64,000 nt of DNA from Eledone cirrhosa (taxonomy: Eukaryota): positions 24,800,001 through 24,864,000 of the forward strand of contig OZ024754.1 of NCBI GenBank assembly GCA_964016885.1, read 5' to 3'. Position 1 is the first letter of the stretch. Each line of letters starts with the position of its first letter. A program made the position numbers and the translations under genes. This document shows positions 58,794-64,000 of this stretch, piece by piece. A model generated the notes under the pieces. That model did no database searches and was not told the origin of the DNA. It was given only the letters and a program-made list of their open reading frames with translations.

Positions 58794-61196
58794 ATGGATT
58801 ATTACAACATAACCAATTCAACTAAAGACATTCCTATACCTGGTAAATCTGAATTCACCAAACTTCTTATTGAAAAAACTGACTCCTTCGTAAGAAGACT
58901 TAGATGGACAGCCTATTTCTATGACCAGCGCCTAAAAGGGAACTTTCATACCAAAGAACACAACTTCCTCGATCATCTTTTTAATTCTAGACGAAATCCT
59001 CCTTCCAACAAAAATCTAGTACAATTCGAGGAAGAATTAACTAAAATAATAAAAAATCTTAAATTCAAGAGATACCCTTACAAAGGACAAGAGCACCTTG
59101 TAAATCTCAAGAACACAATCTCTAACCTAAATTCCTCAAAAAATGTTTTAGTCCACTCTGACAAAACCAATAACCTATATGGTATTTCCAAGGATAATTA
59201 TAACAACCTTATCCTAAAGGAACTTAGGAAAAAGTATCGTAAAACCAACCATGAAAATTTAGAATGCATAAACCTTGAAGCCTATGAGATTATGTCAACA
59301 CTTGGCATTGAAAAAAAGACCGAACCATTCCTCCCAAGAACTCCGAGGATAAATCTCAAGGATCACAAAAACAATTTTCGCACTGAACTACCTGTTAGAT
59401 TAATCGCCCCCTCTAAATCTGATCTGGGGGTTGTTAGTAAAGCCATCTTGGATAGGATTATCTCACAGGTTAGTTCTAATTGCTCTTCTTTGAACCTAAA
59501 TTTATGGTTTGGTACTTCTGAAGTGATTGGCTGGTTCAACAAATTGGATAATAAAAACAAACTAAAATTTATTCAATTTGATATTGCCAGCTACTATTCC
59601 TCCATTTCGCCTTCACTTCTCAATAATGCTCTATCTTTCGCACTTAAATATTCTGACATCACCACAGATGAACTTCACATCATCCTCACCGCACGTAAAA
59701 CCATCCTAGAGTTCAACAACGAATATTGGACCAGAGCCGATACCTCTAACAACTTCGACATCACAATGGGAGCATCCGATTCATCCCAATTGACTGATTT
59801 AATTGGTATCTTCATTTTGAACTCTTTGAGTCGGAAAATTCCTCAACTTCGCGGTGGAATTTATCGTGACGATGGACTCTTTACTATCCTAAATTGCAAT
59901 ATAGTTAAACTTAATATTATTAAGAACAATATACGTAATCTCTTGAACCAACATAACCTAAACATTGAATTTGATAATAGTATCAAACTAGCTAATTTCT
60001 TGGATGTATCTCTTAATCTTGACACTGGCCTATATTACCCTTACCATAAAAACAATGAGAACCTTAATTATGTTAACTTTAAATCTAACCATCCTACCAA
60101 TATCAAGAATGCTATAGTTAATAATATTGGAAATAGAATATCTAACATATCTTCTAATAAAAACATCTTTGATGCTAACGCCAATTACTATAATAACGCA
60201 CTTTCTAAAGCCGGCTATCCAGATAAAATCAAATATAATAAAGAAACAAATTCTAGAAAAACTTACAGTAGAATAATTAATCATGACCATTCCAATAATT
60301 TTAATAAAAGACCTAGATACAAAAACATAATCTGGTATAATGCTCCTTTCTCCATCTCTATTAATAACAATATTCCTAAATTATTTTTTAGTGCCTTAAA
60401 TAAATGCTTCCCTCCCTCACATATCTATAGTAAAATATTTAACAAACACACCATCAAATTTTCGTATTCTACATCCTCCAATATTTCCAACATCATCTCT
60501 AAACACAACAACAAAATATTAAATACTAAATCTCTTCCTTCCAATATTGAATTTCATAATAACAGTAATAGTACTCCCGACGTCATTGTAAACCCTAGGC
60601 TAACTTCTGTAAACCCAAATACAACGTCAAACACAACTTCGCTAAATGTTCATAATCCAACTCTAAATCAAGAAACTATTATTCCTATTATTCCTATCGC
60701 AAACAACTTCTCCAATCCAATTCCTTCTATAGACAACACTAGATCACTCATTAATAATCTCTCTAATTGCAACTGCCGCATTAAAAATAAATGTCCTCTC
60801 AACAACCATTGCCTCGATAAAAACTTAAATTATGAATGTAAAATTATAACTAGCACCAATTCCTTCACCTATTTTGGCTCCACTTCCACCTCTTTTAAAG
60901 CTCGTCTCTATAATCATCATTCATCTTTCAAATACAAACTTAAAAGAACTAACACTGCTCTCTCAGAACTCACATGGTCCTTAAAAGACAAAAACATTAA
61001 ATATACCATCTTTTGGAAGAAGATTTCTTCTGCATCCTCATACTTGAACAGCTCTCTATCTAAAATCTGTAATCTCTGCCTAAATGAAAAATTTACCATT
61101 ATCTCTAACCTAGATTCTATAATAAATAGACGCTCAGATTTGTTTTCTATCTGCCTGCATAAATTCCATAGAACTTTTCACAAAGTATACAGTTAA
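58794..61196 (+). CDS. PLE polyprotein: reverse transcriptase plus C-terminal GIY-YIG endonuclease, Naiad-like (about 800 aa; the ORF is open from 58734 with an alternative ATG at 58767)
   Basis: N-terminal HSDKTNNLY (DKT). RT motifs FDIASYYSSI, TMGASDSSQLTDLIG and GIYRDDGL. Cys linker CNCRIKNKCPL..HC. Endonuclease LNYECKI..TYFGSTSTSFKARLYNH and CNLCLNEK. No stops. Confidence 0.93.
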   Translation: MDYYNITNSTKDIPIPGKSEFTKLLIEKTDSFVRRLRWTAYFYDQRLKGNFHTKEHNFLDHLFNSRRNPPSNKNLVQFEEELTKIIKNLKFKRYPYKGQEHLVNLKNTISNLNSSKNVLVHSDKTNNLYGISKDNYNNLILKELRKKYRKTNHENLECINLEAYEIMSTLGIEKKTEPFLPRTPRINLKDHKNNFRTELPVRLIAPSKSDLGVVSKAILDRIISQVSSNCSSLNLNLWFGTSEVIGWFNKLDNKNKLKFIQFDIASYYSSISPSLLNNALSFALKYSDITTDELHIILTARKTILEFNNEYWTRADTSNNFDITMGASDSSQLTDLIGIFILNSLSRKIPQLRGGIYRDDGLFTILNCNIVKLNIIKNNIRNLLNQHNLNIEFDNSIKLANFLDVSLNLDTGLYYPYHKNNENLNYVNFKSNHPTNIKNAIVNNIGNRISNISSNKNIFDANANYYNNALSKAGYPDKIKYNKETNSRKTYSRIINHDHSNNFNKRPRYKNIIWYNAPFSISINNNIPKLFFSALNKCFPPSHIYSKIFNKHTIKFSYSTSSNISNIISKHNNKILNTKSLPSNIEFHNNSNSTPDVIVNPRLTSVNPNTTSNTTSLNVHNPTLNQETIIPIIPIANNFSNPIPSIDNTRSLINNLSNCNCRIKNKCPLNNHCLDKNLNYECKIITSTNSFTYFGSTSTSFKARLYNHHSSFKYKLKRTNTALSELTWSLKDKNIKYTIFWKKISSASSYLNSSLSKICNLCLNEKFTIISNLDSIINRRSDLFSICLHKFHRTFHKVYS

Positions 61197-62207
61197 TATT
61201 CAATTCTTTATCAATTTAGAATCTTTTCTCAAAGGCACATATACATACACCTCTTTAAAATATACCCATCTACCTTACTTTAAAGGGCATTATACACTCT
61301 ATAATACTCGTTTACTCATTACCCTCATTCTATCTTCTTGTAAAATTCATAACATTTGTTTTGTCATTAGAATATTCATCCGCAATCATTATTAATTTTT
61401 CTCTCTATCATAAATCTTTTTAATCTCAATTTCATCCTTAATTTATTATTATTTTTTTTTTTTCTCCCCATCAACGAACTCATTATTAATACATATTAAC
61501 TCTTTATTCGCACATATTATCAATTCAATCAATATACAAACTTTAACTTCACATTATTTTTCTCAAATCCTTCTACACACAAACCTTAACAATTTTTCTC
61601 TTCGCTAATTTTGAAATTGCCACAATACATACATTTCTTTTTTTGACGTTAGAATATTCACCCACAATTATTATTTTTTTCTCTCTATCTTCATACATAA
61701 TTTCCCTTCGTTAATTTTCAAATTCCTTTAATTTATACATTATCTTCCAACGGTTCCCAACCTCTCTATATTAAAACAATATATCTTTTTCTCAGTTATA
61801 AAAACTATCTCTTTCTCTCTATCACCCATCTCTCCCTCTCCACCTTCACTCTCATCTCCTCCCCCTTTTTTTCATCCTTTCCACCCCCCCTCCCTAAATA
61901 AAATATTTTTTTCCTCGCACATATCCTCCCTTCGTTAATTTTCAAAATTTTTAATTTATACAATATCTTCCAACGGTTTTCAACCTCTCTATGTAAAAAA
62001 TATATCTCCTCTCAGTTATAAAAACTATCTCTTTCTCTCTATCACCCATCTCTCCCTCTCATCTCCTTCCCTTTTCATCCTTCCCCCCCCCCTCTCTAAA
62101 TAAAATATTTTTCCCAATATCACACATCAATCTAAAACCACTTTTCATATGTTGATTTAAAACTGCACTATCCACAAGTGTTTTTTAGCCTTCATATCAT
62201 GTTCTCC

Positions 62208-62278
62208 TATTTTATCTGATGAAAACACAAATATTATTGCATGATGATGTTTGTTTTTGAAATGCGCATAATAAAATA
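62208..62278 (+). ncRNA. Hammerhead ribozyme in the 3' pLTR (predicted cut after 62270)
   Basis: Identical to 58519-58589. Confidence 0.88.
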
Positions 62279-62308
62279 TATGGAACTCCTTTAACCATCT
62301 TTTGATCT

Positions 62309-62313
<5 letters not shown>

Positions 62314-62359
<46 letters not shown>
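62314..62359. repeat. (TA)n, right flank of the intact PLE
   Basis: Pure TA run. Confidence 0.97.
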
Positions 62360-62364
<5 letters not shown>

Positions 62365-62511
62365 GAGTATATGTTGGTTGTTACCGACACTTCAGTATGC
62401 AGGTTGGAGCACTCAACGTAATGCACAGGCTGGTCTGTTTATTCCGGAATAATGTAAAAACAATAAGTGTAAGTCAACGGGGTAAAATTACCTTCGTTTA
62501 TTCATATTCGT

Positions 62512-62564
62512 TGCTATATATATTTCAGTGATAGCCATTATTCAACAGTTGACCTCATCAGGCA
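62512..62564 (-). ncRNA. Type I hammerhead ribozyme in a solo pLTR-like fragment (about 62360-62687) between (TA)n runs
   Basis: The minus strand reads UGC-CUGAUGA-GGU...ACU-GAAA-UAUAUA-UA-GCA, followed by AATAAA. Confidence 0.7.
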
Positions 62565-62683
62565 GTAAGAGCTTGAACAGAAAAAAAAACAGGAAAATAT
62601 AATGTTGTAATAGATTTTACCTTGTTAATCCATTGATATGTTCAGATCCAGAGTGCGGTGTTAGTACTCTAAGGAACTGAAAG

Positions 62684-62746
<63 letters not shown>

Positions 62747-63158
62747 CACGTTTCTAAGTACCTTTTAAAGAACTCGCCTCCTTAACATTGATTTACATGT
62801 TTAATCTATAGATTTTTTTCTTTTTTCTAGCCCACTCATAATTATTAGTTCATTTAGCGTATGCTCGTGGCTTTTCGGTTACATTGTCTCCCCTAGACTA
62901 TCTAGATTATCTGCCTTTTATTTGGTGCTCTTCCTCTTTGTTCTGTAATTTCCTTTTTGCATAAATATTTTCCGGTTTAATTTTCATCGGCACAGGTTGA
63001 ATAAGTTGGTCCTCAGGGATAAGGAAACGTATGTACCTGGTAAGGTACCGTTATAGTAACTAACCTTTAAAATGATATATATGTGTGTGTGCGTGTGTGT
63101 GCGCGTGTGTTTGTGTGTGTGTGTGAATTTATGAATGTATGTATGTATGTATGTATGT

Positions 63159-63692
63159 AGGGTCACTCTTGGGTGCTATTGGTAACATGTAACCCAGTAC
63201 AACCTGTCGCGTGGTCGGGTCGTCGGCGACTAAAGCGGCAAGCCCACCAAGTTTACTTGGTGAGGAGGGTGATTTTGGACACCCTGCAGGACAAAAAACA
63301 AAACCTGACAAAGGGCGGAAGAACTCATAAGAGTCAACGGCCATCCAAAAGTGTGTAAATATGTATATACACATGTACCACGCGATTAAACCACTGGGAG
63401 TGAACGACCCCTAGACTTTGTCAGGGCATTCTTCTAGGAGAAGGCAACTCAGGAAACTGGGATAACTCCGATATAAAACATGCGGCTCAGTAGTTACCGA
63501 TGATGTTGATCTTTTCTTCTTTTCGGGTTATAGCTACTGTCTCTCAGAGAGTGGGATTGGCTCAGTGCACAGTCTTTCCTCACTTTAAAAAAATATCTTC
63601 ACGCACAGGCATTGCACGATAGAATTAATTAATAATTATTAATAATGGTATATCGTGCAATGGCCATACTCGATAACGAGGGGGCAGCCATC
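63159..63692. mobile_element. Probable non-autonomous retroposon embedded in (TATG)n
   Basis: A GC-richer non-coding segment bounded by TATG repeats on both sides, with a 12-bp hairpin at 63610-63662. Confidence 0.45.
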
Positions 63693-64000
63693 ATGTATGT
63701 ATACTCATGTATGTATGTATACGAATAAGTATTAACACTCCATACCTCGCCCACGTGCACACACTTGTTGCTAGCTGAGTCCGATGCCTTGGGTAGATTT
63801 TTGAGGGAGCCAATGACCGGAAGTGAACTATTATCAAACCGAATATAAAATAGATATATATATACATAAATGAATGAATAAATAGATATATCTAAAAAAG
63901 CAAAAGGAAGATAAATAATGTTGTTGTTGATGTTGTTGTTGTTTATGTCGTTCAGGTTTGGTATTTGTTTACCGCCACGAAAATCATCATCACCATCCCC

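Larger units (their letters stand above)
57772..62316 (+). mobile_element. Apparently full-length Penelope-like retroelement: inverted pLTR (57772-58079), 5' pLTR (58077-58627 plus tail to about 58717), ORF, 3' UTR and 3' pLTR (61771-62316)
   Basis: Near-identical direct repeats of about 550 bp flank the ORF. An inverted copy of about 305 bp of the pLTR end lies upstream, and (TA)n lies on both sides. Confidence 0.93.

Overview
This is eukaryotic, gene-free, repeat-rich DNA. The SINE and MITE motifs and the microsatellite content suggest a coleoid cephalopod, probably Octopus (my inference). About two thirds is satellite: a 21/24-bp (AAC)n-derived array (1-34.8 kb) and a 25-bp array (35.4-41.8 kb). 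Their giant ORFs are artefacts of repeat periodicity. The only credible intact coding sequence is a Penelope-like retroelement (PLE) ORF of RT plus C-terminal GIY-YIG endonuclease, Naiad-like, at 58.8-61.2 kb, framed by direct and inverted pseudo-LTRs inside (TA)n. The most notable signal lies between 42.9 and 62.7 kb: about 13 hammerhead-ribozyme (HHR) motifs of about 8 sequence types, found by eye. They sit in PLE terminal repeats, in 5'-truncated PLE remnants and in small fold-back elements with one outward-facing ribozyme per arm, almost all abutting (TA)n. All folds are manual and untested.
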